Below, one piece after another: positions 1 to 11,114 of a stretch of DNA of 64,000 nucleotides. The translations under genes and the position numbers were made by a program. Positions within the stretch are counted from its first letter, which is position 1. The number at the start of each line of letters is the position of its first letter. This DNA comes from Candidatus Marinacidobacterales bacterium. Lineage in GTDB: Bacteria > Acidobacteriota > Vicinamibacteria > Marinacidobacterales > DATDRI01. The stretch lies in the NCBI GenBank assembly GCA_965219415.1, contig CBDCNP010000002.1, forward strand, positions 576,001 to 640,000. Direction: 5' to 3'. The notes beneath the pieces are model-generated. The model was not told the origin of the DNA. It saw nothing but the letters and a program-made list of their open reading frames with translations, and made no database searches.

Positions 1-1
1 C

Positions 2-202
2 GATTCCGAAGATGGGACCACCCAGCGGATTCGAACGACGCCCGGGCTTATGGCGGCCTACGAAGAGAAGTTTCAGGAGCACGCGCAGGAGATCGAGTCC
101 TATTGCTGGAAGTACGGCTGGGGGTACGTCCGGACCACGACCGAAACACCCTTCGAAGATCTCATCCTCCAGGTCTTCCGCCAAGACCGGTTCCTGAGAT
201 GA
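2..202 (+). CDS. C-terminal end of a probable DUF58-family (MoxR-associated vWA-like) protein, partial
   Basis: Frame 2 reads DSEDGTTQRIRTTPGLMAAYEEKFQEHAQEIESYCWKYGWGYVRTTTETPFEDLILQVFRQDRFLR*; its TGA overlaps the ATG of the next gene (ATGA 199-202), typical DUF58-BatA order. Confidence 0.65.
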   Translation, partial: DSEDGTTQRIRTTPGLMAAYEEKFQEHAQEIESYCWKYGWGYVRTTTETPFEDLILQVFRQDRFLR

Positions 203-1956
203 GGTTCCTTGCTCTCCCGTACTGGCAAGCCCTCTTGCTGGTTGGTCTGACCGCCGCTGCCATCGCTGTTCTCTATTGGCTGAAGCCACCGCCGCGACGC
301 CTGCTGGTGCCGTCCAACTTGTTGTGGCGGATGGTGCTCAAGGAACGAAAGTCGAGCTACGACCAGTTGCGCTGGCTGATCTCGTTACTTCTCGCGCTCG
401 CGATAGGCGCCGCCATGGCGCTAGCGGTTGGGCGTCCGGAAAACGATGGGACTCCGGTTCGAAACGTGAGGTTGATTCTAGATAACGGCCCCTCCATGGC
501 GACCCGCTCCTCGGATGGGCGCTCGCGTTGGGACCTTGCGATTGAGGCCACGGAGGGGATCCTTTCCGGGGGAAGCGAGGGTAGTCGGTTCCTCATCGTG
601 GACACGATGGGGCAGGCTACGTCCACCACCTGGGGCGACCGCCGACAAGCCAGAAAATCGCTCAGGGCGCTCTCGGTATCGCTGACCGGAGTCCCGGAGC
701 TGCCGCGACTCGATGCGAGCGACGCAGAAACGTATATCGTCTCCGACGGAGTGTCCCTCGAAGTTCCAGAGGGCTTGCCAGAGGGAACGCAGGCGATATC
801 GGCTTTCGAGCCGGCCGAGAACGTCGGCATCACCGCGTTCGAGATCCGCCCCGAACCGGCCGACCCTTTCCATTACCGGGCTTATCTCGAGGTTGGGAAT
901 TTCTCGACCCAATCGAAGCCGATCGACATTCAGATCGGAGGAGCCGGCCCGCATCGACGCGGCAGAAACATTACGTTGGACCCCGGCGAGGTTTTCTCGG
1001 AAGGCTTCGATCTTGCCGAGTTCCAAGGAGGAGCACTGCGGGCTACCGTGACGACACCCGGGGACGGATTCGAGCCCGACAACTTCGCCTTTTCCTACCT
1101 GCCCCCACATCGAAAGATGCGCGTTCTTCTGGTGAGTCGCGGGAATCAGTACCTCGAGACGGCGCTCCCCGCCGATCTCGGAGTCGACTTTTCGATGTTG
1201 ACTCCGGAACGGTTTGAAGAGCAGCGAGAACATAATCGTGCCGATGTCTTTATCTTCGATCGCTTTGAGCCCGATCCTCTGCCTGGTAGCCCCACCATCC
1301 TTTTTGGACCGCCCGGATCTGAAGTCATCGAAGGCCCGTACGTCGCGGGGCGCGCCACCGGCCATCCCGTCCTGCAATTCGTCGCCCTCGAGGACTTCTT
1401 CGTGGATCGCGCGAGGCGCGTGGACCCATCAGACGCTGAGATCGTTCTCGGAACCGAAGAAACTCCGTTGATCTTGGCTGTCGAGGAACCTACCCGGCGG
1501 CTCGCGGTGACATTCGACTTGGCCGACTCCAACTTCCCGCTCCAATCCGGCTTCCCGGTCTTCCTTTCGAACGCGCTGGCCTGGGCCACCGGCGAACCGT
1601 TGGCACTTGCGCATTCACTCGGCACGGTCGAAATTCCACTTCCCCATCCGACCATCACCGACCTCGAGGGTACGGAAATCCCTTGCCACCCTTTGATGGG
1701 TAAGTCCGTCTTCGAAGCGAGCGAGCCGGGCCTCTACACCGCGGTTCAGGGGAACCGGCGAGTGCGCGTGGCCGTCAACGTCACCGACCGACGGATTTCC
1801 GAAGTGAATCGCTCCACGCTTCCTCGGCAGGACGCTCGCCCAAGAAGTAAAGTGGCGGCCGGAGGAAGCGGAGAGCTATGGGTGTTCCTACTCGGCGCGG
1901 CGATTCTTCTACTTGTGCTCGAATGGTGGACCTACCACCGCCGCATCACAATCTAA
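199..1956 (+). CDS. BatA-like N-terminal double-TM / vWA domain membrane protein
   Basis: N-terminal 'LYWLKPPPRRLLVPSNLLW' BatA-type motif, vWA-like 'LILDNGPSM', C-terminal TM 'ELWVFLLGAAILLLVLEWW'; start at ATG 199. Confidence 0.8.
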   Translation: MRFLALPYWQALLLVGLTAAAIAVLYWLKPPPRRLLVPSNLLWRMVLKERKSSYDQLRWLISLLLALAIGAAMALAVGRPENDGTPVRNVRLILDNGPSMATRSSDGRSRWDLAIEATEGILSGGSEGSRFLIVDTMGQATSTTWGDRRQARKSLRALSVSLTGVPELPRLDASDAETYIVSDGVSLEVPEGLPEGTQAISAFEPAENVGITAFEIRPEPADPFHYRAYLEVGNFSTQSKPIDIQIGGAGPHRRGRNITLDPGEVFSEGFDLAEFQGGALRATVTTPGDGFEPDNFAFSYLPPHRKMRVLLVSRGNQYLETALPADLGVDFSMLTPERFEEQREHNRADVFIFDRFEPDPLPGSPTILFGPPGSEVIEGPYVAGRATGHPVLQFVALEDFFVDRARRVDPSDAEIVLGTEETPLILAVEEPTRRLAVTFDLADSNFPLQSGFPVFLSNALAWATGEPLALAHSLGTVEIPLPHPTITDLEGTEIPCHPLMGKSVFEASEPGLYTAVQGNRRVRVAVNVTDRRISEVNRSTLPRQDARPRSKVAAGGSGELWVFLLGAAILLLVLEWWTYHRRITI

Positions 1957-2230
1957 TTCGGGAACCGGTTATGTACTCCGCCCGGACGGAGTGCGCGGCT
2001 CTCCAAAAATAAAAGATCACTGAGAAAAATGGCTTATTTTTTACTTGACAGCTCTGGCGAAGCGATACGAAAAACGTGGCAGGTGTGATGTGGAGTGGGC
2101 CTGTACCTGCGATAAAGAAACGACAGTCACTCTCGTTGGCTTGGCTAGACTTTTCGCAAGTGTCTCGATGCATTCGCGTTCAACACACGCGAACACAGGG
2201 CGTCAAAAACGTCCATGCTATAAGTGGTGC

Positions 2231-3166
2231 ATGAACAAAAGAGATGACTTGAAATCACTTTCCCGACTATCGGATGACGAGCTGCTTGTTCAACTGTCAA
2301 ACGTTTTGAAACAGTCGAGGCGTTCTCGTTGCGCATATCGCCGAAGTCGATGCACGCAGACTGTATGCGCGTGAAGCATCATCATCGATGTTTCAGTATT
2401 GCGTCGACGTGTTGCACTTGTCCGAGGCAGAAGCCTACCTACGGATAGCCGCCGCACGGGCGTCGCGCCGACATCCGACGCTGCTGACGATGCTCGACGA
2501 TGGGCGTCTTCACTTGAGCGGCATCGCGGTGCTGGCGCCACACCTCACCGACACCAATTGCGAGGAGCTTCTGGCTCGAGCACAACCCACAAGTCCAAGC
2601 GTGAGCTCCTGGTGCTGGTGGTGGAGATTGCGCCGAAACCGGACGTCTCGCCCTCCATCCGGAAGCTCCCGAAGCAGCGACAGAAGCCGGCAAGCGAACA
2701 CCGTACGTCAGGCGCCGAAAGTACTCCGTCGGCCCGTCTGGAAAAAGTAGTCCAGCCCCTGAACCTGCCCCCGCCCCGGCTCCCCAAGCGGCTGACAAGC
2801 CGCCGGTCGTCGAGCCGCTGGCGCCTGCGCGCTACCGAGTGCAGTTCACCGCGAGCGCCGAGCTTCACGACAAGCTCCAACGGCTCGCAGCACTCATGCC
2901 GGGTGCCGACCCTCGCTTCCATGATCGAAACATCTGTAACGGAGAAACTCGAACGGCTCGAGGCCAAGCGCCTCGGCAAAGTCAAAAATCCGAGAAAGAG
3001 CCTCGAAGATGCCGACACCACGCCGGGAGTGCGCGGAATTCCCGCTCCGGTGAGGCGTTTCGTGTGGGCGCGCGACCAGGGCCAATGCACGTTTGAGAGC
3101 AGCGGCGGAAGACGATGTCCCGAGCGCCTAGGGCTGCAATTCCATCACGACGAACCGGGTCCGTGA
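2231..3166 (+). pseudogene. DUF222-like/HNH-endonuclease-associated protein, frameshifted and truncated
   Basis: Three frames join: 'LSRLSDDELL', 'SMFQYCVDVLHLSEAEAYLRIAAAR', 'IPAPVRRFVWARDQGQCTFESSGGRRC..LQFHH' (start of HNH domain); breaks off near 3160. Confidence 0.7.
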
Positions 3167-3457
3167 ACCGAAGCCGTCGTTTCCACTCTTTCCGGGCAGA
3201 GTTCAAGAATCGCCGCCCCTCCGTGCCGCCCTGCAACTCGCAACGAAGTTTGGTGCCGCACCCTAAGCCGTTTTCTAGCTCCCGCCAGCCGGAGACCGCC
3301 ACCTGTCTTCTTCTCGAAGGCGATGGATTCAAGCACCTTCGAAGTACGTGGCTTGCTATCGCTATTTACATTCCGCTTGCGGTGATCGTTTACAACGTAG
3401 GGAACTCGCCAATTGCCTTTGTGTCGGCCGCGTTCTACCGGGTGCTTTGTTTTTGTG

Positions 3458-5161
3458 TTATTCCGTTTCGGCTGGATCAACCGCCGGAAGCTTTCCGTTC
3501 TTGCCCGGCTTGCGATCGCCAGACCAGGCGACGTCGTAGACCATTTCGTGGGTGTCCCCACCGCTGTCCATCCAACCCTTCACGATCTGGATGCGGTCTA
3601 GGTTGCCGCCGATCGGATCCTTGATGGCGTAAACCATGAAGGTCGGCGCTCCGCTACCCGCGCGCGCCGGCAGATCGCCGCCCATGGGTACGCCCTTCGA
3701 ATACCCGGTGAAGGCCGGTGTGCGGCTATCGAGATCCGTCGTCGTGAAGTTCCAGCCGCGAAAAAGCGAACACCCATGCGGCTGCCGGTCGTGGCGTAGG
3801 TTTCCTTACGCTCCATCGCGTCGAAGATCGCCTCGCGGGTGTTCTCGGTCGCCCACACCGCGGCCAAACCGGAGGCGGCCAACTGCCATCCGTCGACTCT
3901 GCCCTTCTCGGACTCAAACATCGGGTGCTCCATGCGATGCGGGCTCGGCTCGTAGCCGGTGTGCTTGCCGAAGAAGTTGTCCTCCTGGGCGGTGGCGAGT
4001 GCGGTGTGGCTGTCGGTCGAGCCGACCTGGCCGAATTTATAGGGGTTCGTCCCTAGGCGCGATTCGATCACGAGGCCACGCTTCAGTGCCTCGCGGGCGT
4101 ATTCTCCGGCGAGCATGGCGTCGGTCTTGGCCTCGGAGAGGTCTAGATTGCCGACATCCCAGGTCTCATAATCCGCGAACTCGTCGTCGGGCGATAAGAA
4201 CGAGTGGGTCTCGCCGTCACCCTTGATCTGGGTCGTCTCGTAGAGCGGCTCCCAACGGTGACGCTGGGTCACGTAGTCCTCGTCGAACGCCCTGCCGTTC
4301 CACTGAGCCTCCAGCGGGAACATGATGCCGTTGGAGAGATTGCCGTTGTGAGCAATGGCGAGGACGTCGCCGCCGGTCTTTTCTTCGAAGTTCGCCAGCC
4401 ACTTCCAGAGGTCGCGCGGGTCGGCACTGCCTAACGGCGGATACGTCGTGTAGGCAACCATCTGCGAGGCTTTCGCGGCATCATCACGATAGATGATGAC
4501 CCGGTGCATGTTGCCGCCTCTGATCAGCGAGGTCCATTCGAAGCCGATGAAGGCGGTGAACTTTCCGGGATCGTTATACTCCTCAGCCGCTGCGATCGTG
4601 TCGTCCCACGCCGACTTGTACAACTTGGTATCGGGTCCATACATCAGGGCTTCTGGGAAATCGCCCTGTGAGAACATACCGATAAGCTCGAGCGCGACGC
4701 CGACGCCCTCGCCCGCCTGAATCCGGTCATACCAGTCCTGCCCCGTGGGATCGGCCAGGATGTTCGGCTTGCCCGCGTACAGATCGGGAAACCCATGTTG
4801 TCGGAATGATCGGCGATGACCAGCCAGTCCAATGGACGGGACAGCTTCACCGGCATGCCGGCTGAAGCGACCACCTCTTCGCCGCGCGCGAATCGATAAG
4901 CATCACGAAGGCCGAGCCTGTTCCCGAATGCGCCTGCGTCCATCGAGAGGGAAGTGTGCAGATGCGAGTCGCCCCAATACGGACGGCTCGCGAACCCTCG
5001 CCCGGCGCAGGGGGAATAACTCTTGCCCGGATAGGCGCTCGACAGTACCTCTTCGGCCTCGGGCGGCGGCCGGCAACTGAGCCGACAGCGGCGCGGCGAC
5101 GGCGGTGAGAGCAACGACTACGGATGAACCTGCTTAGCTTCTTCACGACTTCAACCTCCAT
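3458..5161 (-). pseudogene. DUF3604 (PHP-like metallohydrolase) protein, frameshifted, C-terminally truncated
   Basis: Motifs [54 protein letters not shown] and [11 protein letters not shown] spread over ORFs 4644-5114, 3598-4677 and 3458-3685. Confidence 0.85.
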
Positions 5162-5227
5162 GGGGGAAGAACTGCATAGAATGAACTTGCTTGGAGATCT
5201 CGTTCTGGACGAGATTCGTGGCAGAAC

Positions 5228-6334
5228 CTACTCCATTTTCCAAAAGTCGATACCCGAAGCCTGCTTGCCGACGTCGATGGACGCGCGAACCTCGAAGGTC
5301 TGAAGATCGATGACGTCCACCGTCCCCGGATCGTCACTGACTCCTTCGATGGAGACGAAGGCGAAGCGGTTGTCGGGGCTCACCGTCACGCCGTGAGTGA
5401 TCCGGCGGCTGGCAGGAACGCTGGCTAGCTCCTTCCCGGTCTCGAGATCCCAGACCGCGGTGGAGTTGTTCGGCTTGCAGGTCGCGAGGACCATCTTGCC
5501 GTCGGGGGTAACCGCCAAGTTGTAAGGCCCCTTCTGGGTGTGAAAGCGCCGCGTGATCTTCCAATCGGCCAAACTGACCTCGGCGATCTGGTTGGCGCCT
5601 TGAAGCGCGACATAGATGAAAGGCTTCGTCGGATGAGGCTGCACCCAAGTCGGCTTCACGACCGCCATCTGGTGACCCTCGCCATGGTGAACGGGAGCTG
5701 CGGTGTCGTCCTTGGTGAGGTGAAGCTTCCGGCCCACTTTGAGCTGCATCACATCGATCTCGTAAAGCGTATCGTCCATCATGCCCACCGAGTAGTGAAC
5801 CCTTCCGTCCGGGCTGGCTCTGGAGCCATGGGGCATCATGCCTTGTTCGATCTGCGCGATCTCGGTCATGGAGGCGGTGTCGATGACTGAGACGGTGCTG
5901 GGCTCCATGTCTCCGTGGAGATTGAAATTGACGACGAACATCAAGCCTGTGGTTCGGCTGATGTCCATGGTGGCGGGAAACAATCCCGCCTGGACGTCGC
6001 TGACGGAAACGTCGTCCCCCGTCTCGTACTTGAAGACCGATCCGTACGGTAGTCCATGCGCGATGGATACGTACCAATACCGACCGCTGGGTGATACGCG
6101 AATCCCGTGTGGCCCTTCGGTCTCGGTGGGAAAGACACCGACCTCGATGGTCTTGACGACTTCTCCACCTTCGGGACCGAACTTCACCAAGTGGACAGTG
6201 TCTTCGGACTCCGCCGCAACATAAACGTAGTAGTTTTTGTCAACCGGGTCGCCCGCGGCGCGGCGCGGAGCTCCGGTGATCGAAGCGGCTGCGAGGAGAG
6301 CCGCGGAGACGGCGACGAGTCCTCCGTGTCTCAT
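5228..6334 (-). CDS. Secreted YncE/YVTN-type beta-propeller protein
   Basis: Signal peptide; repeated 'PHG..SPDG', 'PYNLAVTPDGK' and 'HGVTVSPD' blades. Confidence 0.8.
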   Translation of the reverse strand: MRHGGLVAVSAALLAAASITGAPRRAAGDPVDKNYYVYVAAESEDTVHLVKFGPEGGEVVKTIEVGVFPTETEGPHGIRVSPSGRYWYVSIAHGLPYGSVFKYETGDDVSVSDVQAGLFPATMDISRTTGLMFVVNFNLHGDMEPSTVSVIDTASMTEIAQIEQGMMPHGSRASPDGRVHYSVGMMDDTLYEIDVMQLKVGRKLHLTKDDTAAPVHHGEGHQMAVVKPTWVQPHPTKPFIYVALQGANQIAEVSLADWKITRRFHTQKGPYNLAVTPDGKMVLATCKPNNSTAVWDLETGKELASVPASRRITHGVTVSPDNRFAFVSIEGVSDDPGTVDVIDLQTFEVRASIDVGKQASGIDFWKME

Positions 6335-8400
6335 GGGCTCGCGGGGTCCTTTTCATCATCGGGGGATACCAAGCGAACCGCCCAAAGCCCGCTGTGGAAG
6401 TCGGAGAAGACGATGGTGCCCTTGTGGGGTTGCGGTCCCCAGGCCATGGGTGAGTTCGGTACGTACGCCTCGGGATCGTCGGAATAAAAACGCCCCATCT
6501 CCCGACCCTGGGCGTATAGATCGCCCAGCAGCTCGCCTGAGACATCGAGCACGCGCAAGCCTCCCTGGTAGTAAGCCACGTACAGGACCTCCTGATCCCA
6601 ATCGATCCAGTAGTTGTGTACGCCGTAGTCCCCCACTTTGTAGTTAGCGACTTCCTTGGGATTGTCGAAATCGTCGAACTCGACGACATGGATCCAACCT
6701 CCCATTCGGGTAGGCAGTTTCGTTCCCGAGTTGAACGGCTCGTCTTCCGGAATCCGAGGATTCGGAAACGAGGTTTCGTCGCCGCCAAAAACGTAGAATT
6801 TTCCGGCCGACTTGCTCTTGAGCGGCCACACCGCGTGGTTCCAGCGGGTGATCTGATCGGCGCGGCCCATCTCGACCGGGCGAGCCGGTGAGCCACCTTT
6901 CCCTCCCCCGCCGACATCGACGAGGAGCAAGCCGTCCGTCCTTCCAGCTTGATAAGCGACGCCGTCGCGTACCCAAACATCGTGCACCGAGCGGCCAGGA
7001 CTGCTGGTCTCGAAGCGGCCAACGCGCGTGGGTTTGGTCGGATCTTCGATGTTGATGACGTCCCAGCGCCGGCCATTGTTCACCGCATAGACGTGGTTGT
7101 CGTAAACGAAAACGTTGTGCACCCCACCGGTGAGCTGATCGTCGAACGTGGAGAGTATCTTGACGTCTCGCGGGTTGCTCACATCGAGAATGACGATCCC
7201 GTTCCGACGATTCGACGCCCCCTCGCGGCTGATGACACAGATGCGACCGTCTTCAGAAACCTTGACGTCGTTGACCGTACGGGCGTCCACCTGCACGGTG
7301 TCGATAAGCTCCATGTTGGCCGGATCCGTCACGTCGTAGAAGTACGCGTTGCCTGGTCCGTTCCAGCTTCCGATGACCGCGTAGTCACGACCGTCCGCAC
7401 CCTCCCAGATCCATAGGTCCGACGTCCGGTGATCTGGAACTCGTGCTTCACCCACGAACTCGAATTTACGTGCCACGTCGCGCTGGGTGATTCGCACGCT
7501 TTCCCGGGCCACCGCCTCGCCCGACATCGCGACAACGGTATAAATGCCTTGCTGCTCCGCCACGAAGCGACCATCGTCGAGTATCATCGCCGCGGCTCCG
7601 GCGCCCAAAGACTCCGGGTGTGCCGGGTCGGGGCGATTTCGAAGAGAGAACGCAACCGGCACACTGTTTACGACCTTGCCCTGCGCGTCCTTGGCCACCG
7701 CCTGGAAACGGATCACGTCCCCGGTGCGGGCCTCCCGTTGAGAAGCGGTGAGCTCGATCGAGTGAACTGGGTTTGGTTCCACCTCGAACGTCAACGTCGC
7801 GCTGACGTTGTCCGCGGTGGCGGTCACGGTCGCCGTCCCAGGCACAAGCCCGGTCAGGTTTCCGAAGCCATCGGTTTCGGCAATCGCGGTGTCGCTGACT
7901 CCAAGCGTCGGAGCGATGTCGTGCCGTTCCCCCCCGCTCTCATCGACCCCGCTGACGCGAACCGGTATCGTTGTGCCCGCATACACCGTGGACGGGACGT
8001 CTACGATCTCGAGACTGATAAGCGGAGGCACCGGCACGGTGACCTCGAGCTTTCCCCGTATACCCGGATCGAGAAACCCGGTGTAGCTGTCGGGCTCGCC
8101 CTCGATGCGTTCCTCGGGCGACAGCGCGGTCACTGCGTGCTCCCCCGGCCGAATGGCCTTGGCGAGGCCGCCCGGGGTCACCTCGAGATAAATTCGGCTT
8201 CCGAAAAAAAGAACCTGGGCGTCGGGTAGGACGTTACCATCCGCGTCCTTGACCACTGCCTTGAGCTGCGCCGTCTCGCCCACCTTGAGCGTCAAAGTCG
8301 AAGGCTCTATCTCTACCGTCGCGGGTGCCTGCGCCAAGAGGGCAGCCGGGGTTAAGATAGCCAAGGCGACCAACAAGAGAGCCGTGGCGAATTCCTTCAT
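6331..8400 (-). CDS. Secreted Ig-like (Big_2) domain plus LVIVD-repeat protein
   Basis: Signal peptide; Ig-like 'TLTLKVGETAQLKAVVKDADG'; LVIVD repeats 'GIVILDVSNP', 'GGVHNVF', 'HDVWV', 'AYYQGGLRVLDVS'; stop overlaps next start. Confidence 0.8.
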   Translation of the reverse strand: MKEFATALLLVALAILTPAALLAQAPATVEIEPSTLTLKVGETAQLKAVVKDADGNVLPDAQVLFFGSRIYLEVTPGGLAKAIRPGEHAVTALSPEERIEGEPDSYTGFLDPGIRGKLEVTVPVPPLISLEIVDVPSTVYAGTTIPVRVSGVDESGGERHDIAPTLGVSDTAIAETDGFGNLTGLVPGTATVTATADNVSATLTFEVEPNPVHSIELTASQREARTGDVIRFQAVAKDAQGKVVNSVPVAFSLRNRPDPAHPESLGAGAAAMILDDGRFVAEQQGIYTVVAMSGEAVARESVRITQRDVARKFEFVGEARVPDHRTSDLWIWEGADGRDYAVIGSWNGPGNAYFYDVTDPANMELIDTVQVDARTVNDVKVSEDGRICVISREGASNRRNGIVILDVSNPRDVKILSTFDDQLTGGVHNVFVYDNHVYAVNNGRRWDVINIEDPTKPTRVGRFETSSPGRSVHDVWVRDGVAYQAGRTDGLLLVDVGGGGKGGSPARPVEMGRADQITRWNHAVWPLKSKSAGKFYVFGGDETSFPNPRIPEDEPFNSGTKLPTRMGGWIHVVEFDDFDNPKEVANYKVGDYGVHNYWIDWDQEVLYVAYYQGGLRVLDVSGELLGDLYAQGREMGRFYSDDPEAYVPNSPMAWGPQPHKGTIVFSDFHSGLWAVRLVSPDDEKDPASP

Positions 8401-8496
8401 GTTCTTCCTCCAATTTTTTGGGTCGACCGGACCGTACCTTACACCCTTGGGCGGGTCATGAAAAGCCTGACAAACCCAGACGATGACCGACGGCGC

Positions 8497-8516
8497 GATA
8501 GGATAGGATAGGATAG
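8497..8516. repeat. (GATAG)4 microsatellite in the divergent intergenic region
   Basis: gataggataggataggatag, followed by (gac)4 just upstream of ATG 8538. Confidence 0.8.
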
Positions 8517-8537
8517 GATGAGACGACGACGACCAAC

Positions 8538-11114
8538 ATGAGCCTCGGCTTCACCCACTATTGGCCCCTCCTGTTTATGCTGGCGGTCCCCTTCGTGTGG
8601 TGGATCCGGGTCCGCACCGCAACCGGGCTTACCCCTAGGCATCTGAGGCTTTCCGCTTTCGCGCGCTCCGCGGTCATCGTGCTTCTGGCGCTCGCGATCA
8701 TGCGCCCGGTTTGGAATCGCTCCGGCGGGTGGACATCGGTGGTCTACGTGCTCGACGTTTCTCGCAGCGTCTCCCCCGCCTTCGTGGATTCCGCAATTCG
8801 ATGGATGGCTCGGGCGACCGAAGAGGGCTCGCCATTGCATGCGCGCTATGTGGTCTTCGCGAAGGAGCCGGTCGTCGTAGAACAGCCGGAGGAAATCCGA
8901 TCGCTTTCCGTGTCCACTGGCGAGCCGAGCGCTTCCCAGAGAACTCAAATCATCCAAAGTTCCACCAACATCGAGAAAGCGCTCGGGCGGGCACTTCAAA
9001 ACTTCGCGCCGCATACCCTCAAGCGCTTGCTACTGCTTACCGATGGTAACGAGACCACGGGGGATCTGACGAAGGCTCTGTGGCTCGTCAAAGAAGAAGG
9101 TGTACGCGTGTTTGCCATGCCCGCCGCGGTGCGAGCTGACAAGGATTCCTGGATCGAGGCGATCGACGCACCAGAGGAAGTGAGAGCCGACGAACCCGTA
9201 GAAGTCGAAATACAAGTATTCAGTCGGGTGATCGACGAGAGGCCGATCGAGCTGCGCCGCTCCGGCATGCTCATCGCCGAGCGCGGCCTAGAATTGAAGC
9301 CCGGTGCAAACCGCAGCACCTTCGAGGTTCGTTTTCCCGAACAAGGCCTGGTAACCCTTCAGGCGAGCATCGGAGTGGACGGAAACACTTTCCCGGAGAA
9401 TGACAACTATTCGAAGTCGGTTTGGGTGGATGACCCGGCGCGGATCCTCTATGTGGAGGGCCACACCGCCAGCTCGCACTACCTCGAAAGAGCCCTTGCG
9501 GATGCGGGTATCGAAGTGGACACGGTTCCCCCGAGCGCCCTTTCCGGAAAGTCGAGCTCTCTAACCGACTACGACGCCATCATCCTTAGCGACCTACCGC
9601 CTCAAAGTCTCAGTGACGACCTGATGCATGCTATCGAGAGTTACGTCCGTGATGAGGGCGGCGGGCTCGTATTCGCGGGTGGCGAGTCCAGCTACGGTAA
9701 GGAAGGCTATTCCGGATCGCCGATCGAAACGGTCTTGCCAATCTGGTTTCGCGTCCAAGAAAAACGAAAGGATCTTGCACTCGTCATCACACTCGACAAG
9801 TCCTACAGCATGAGCGGGGACAAGATGGAGTTAGCCAAGGAGGCGACCTTGGCAGCCCTCAATCTCCTTCAAGATACGCACCGTTTCGGCTTGGTGACTT
9901 TCAACTGGGATCCCTACGTGACGGTTCCACTCCAACTGGCGGAAAACCGTGCTGAGATTCGCGACGAGATCCGTCGCGTTCAGGCGAGCGCTCAAACGAA
10001 TATTTTTCCCGCCTTGAGAAGCTCTTTCCGCCAACTGACCAGCACCGATGCCAAGGTCAAGCACATCATTCTCTTATCCGACGGCAAGACTTACCCCGAC
10101 GACTACCAAGGGCTCGTCGCCCGGATGGTGGAAGCCGACGTCACCATCTCGACGGTGGCGGTCGGTGAAGAAGCGGATCGTGATCTGCTTGCGCAAATTG
10201 CAGAATGGGGAAGAGGCCGAACTTATTACATCGAGGACGCCGCGCGCGTTCCACAGATCTTCATCGAGGAAACCCAGATAGCGGTCCAGGCGACGTTGGT
10301 CGAGGAGCCATTTCAACCGATCTTGAGCCGACCCATCGAGGCATTGATGGGAATCGATTTCTCAACCGCTCCCCCTCTGCGAGGCTATGTGAGTACTCAG
10401 CCGAAAGACACCGCCGAGGTCATACTCGAATCCGATTCCGGAGCGCCGATCTTGGCGCGCTGGCAATACGGGCTGGGCAAAACCGCCGCCTTCACCTCCG
10501 ACGTCAAAAACCGCTGGGGCGTCGAGTGGCTAAGTTGGCCGGGGTACGGGAAATTCTGGTCTCAGCTCGTTCGGGAAACGCTGAGAAATCCGCCGCCGCC
10601 GGAACTCGAGTTTCAGTTGCGGCGCGAAGGCGAAGAGGCGTTGATCAGCCTGACCGCCGTCAACGAAGAGGGTCGCTATATCGACGAGCTCGATCCAGAG
10701 TTCGAGATCGCCTACCCAAAGGGCGAGCAAGAACGCATGTCGCTGGCTCAGGTGGGGCCCGGCGCCTATCAAGCTCGAGTGCCCCTGGCGGCTTGGTCCG
10801 AATCCGCCTACATCTTTAATGTAACGGAGCCCGCCACCGAGGCGAGTCGGGCGCTGCACTACGAATACCCCGACGAATACCGCTTCTACCCGCCTCGCGT
10901 CGAGCTGTTGCGCACGGTCAGCGAGGAGACGGGGGGAAAACTCAATCCTGAAATCGAGGAGATCTTCGCAGACTACGGCGAGACGGTTTCCCGACCCGTG
11001 GAGCTGTGGCCGCTTCTCGCCATGCTCGCCCTCGCCGTCTACCTACTCGACATTGCTATCCGCCGGGCGCCGTGGGTTTGGGAGAGGCTGGAGACGAGTG
11101 CTAGGCCTAGTTAG
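8538..11114 (+). CDS. Double vWA domain / putative glutamine-amidotransferase-like membrane protein
   Basis: Two MIDAS-like motifs (DVSRSV, DKSYSM), LLTDGNET, ILLSDGK, GATase-like 'GGGLVFAGGESSYG', 'WQYGLGKTAAFTSD'; N- and C-terminal TM segments. Confidence 0.85.
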   Translation: MSLGFTHYWPLLFMLAVPFVWWIRVRTATGLTPRHLRLSAFARSAVIVLLALAIMRPVWNRSGGWTSVVYVLDVSRSVSPAFVDSAIRWMARATEEGSPLHARYVVFAKEPVVVEQPEEIRSLSVSTGEPSASQRTQIIQSSTNIEKALGRALQNFAPHTLKRLLLLTDGNETTGDLTKALWLVKEEGVRVFAMPAAVRADKDSWIEAIDAPEEVRADEPVEVEIQVFSRVIDERPIELRRSGMLIAERGLELKPGANRSTFEVRFPEQGLVTLQASIGVDGNTFPENDNYSKSVWVDDPARILYVEGHTASSHYLERALADAGIEVDTVPPSALSGKSSSLTDYDAIILSDLPPQSLSDDLMHAIESYVRDEGGGLVFAGGESSYGKEGYSGSPIETVLPIWFRVQEKRKDLALVITLDKSYSMSGDKMELAKEATLAALNLLQDTHRFGLVTFNWDPYVTVPLQLAENRAEIRDEIRRVQASAQTNIFPALRSSFRQLTSTDAKVKHIILLSDGKTYPDDYQGLVARMVEADVTISTVAVGEEADRDLLAQIAEWGRGRTYYIEDAARVPQIFIEETQIAVQATLVEEPFQPILSRPIEALMGIDFSTAPPLRGYVSTQPKDTAEVILESDSGAPILARWQYGLGKTAAFTSDVKNRWGVEWLSWPGYGKFWSQLVRETLRNPPPPELEFQLRREGEEALISLTAVNEEGRYIDELDPEFEIAYPKGEQERMSLAQVGPGAYQARVPLAAWSESAYIFNVTEPATEASRALHYEYPDEYRFYPPRVELLRTVSEETGGKLNPEIEEIFADYGETVSRPVELWPLLAMLALAVYLLDIAIRRAPWVWERLETSARPS

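Noticed and set aside
3115-3624. ORFs spanning the lower-GC patch between the HNH remnant and DUF3604
   Set aside because: No recognisable motifs in either strand; treated as junction DNA of unknown origin.
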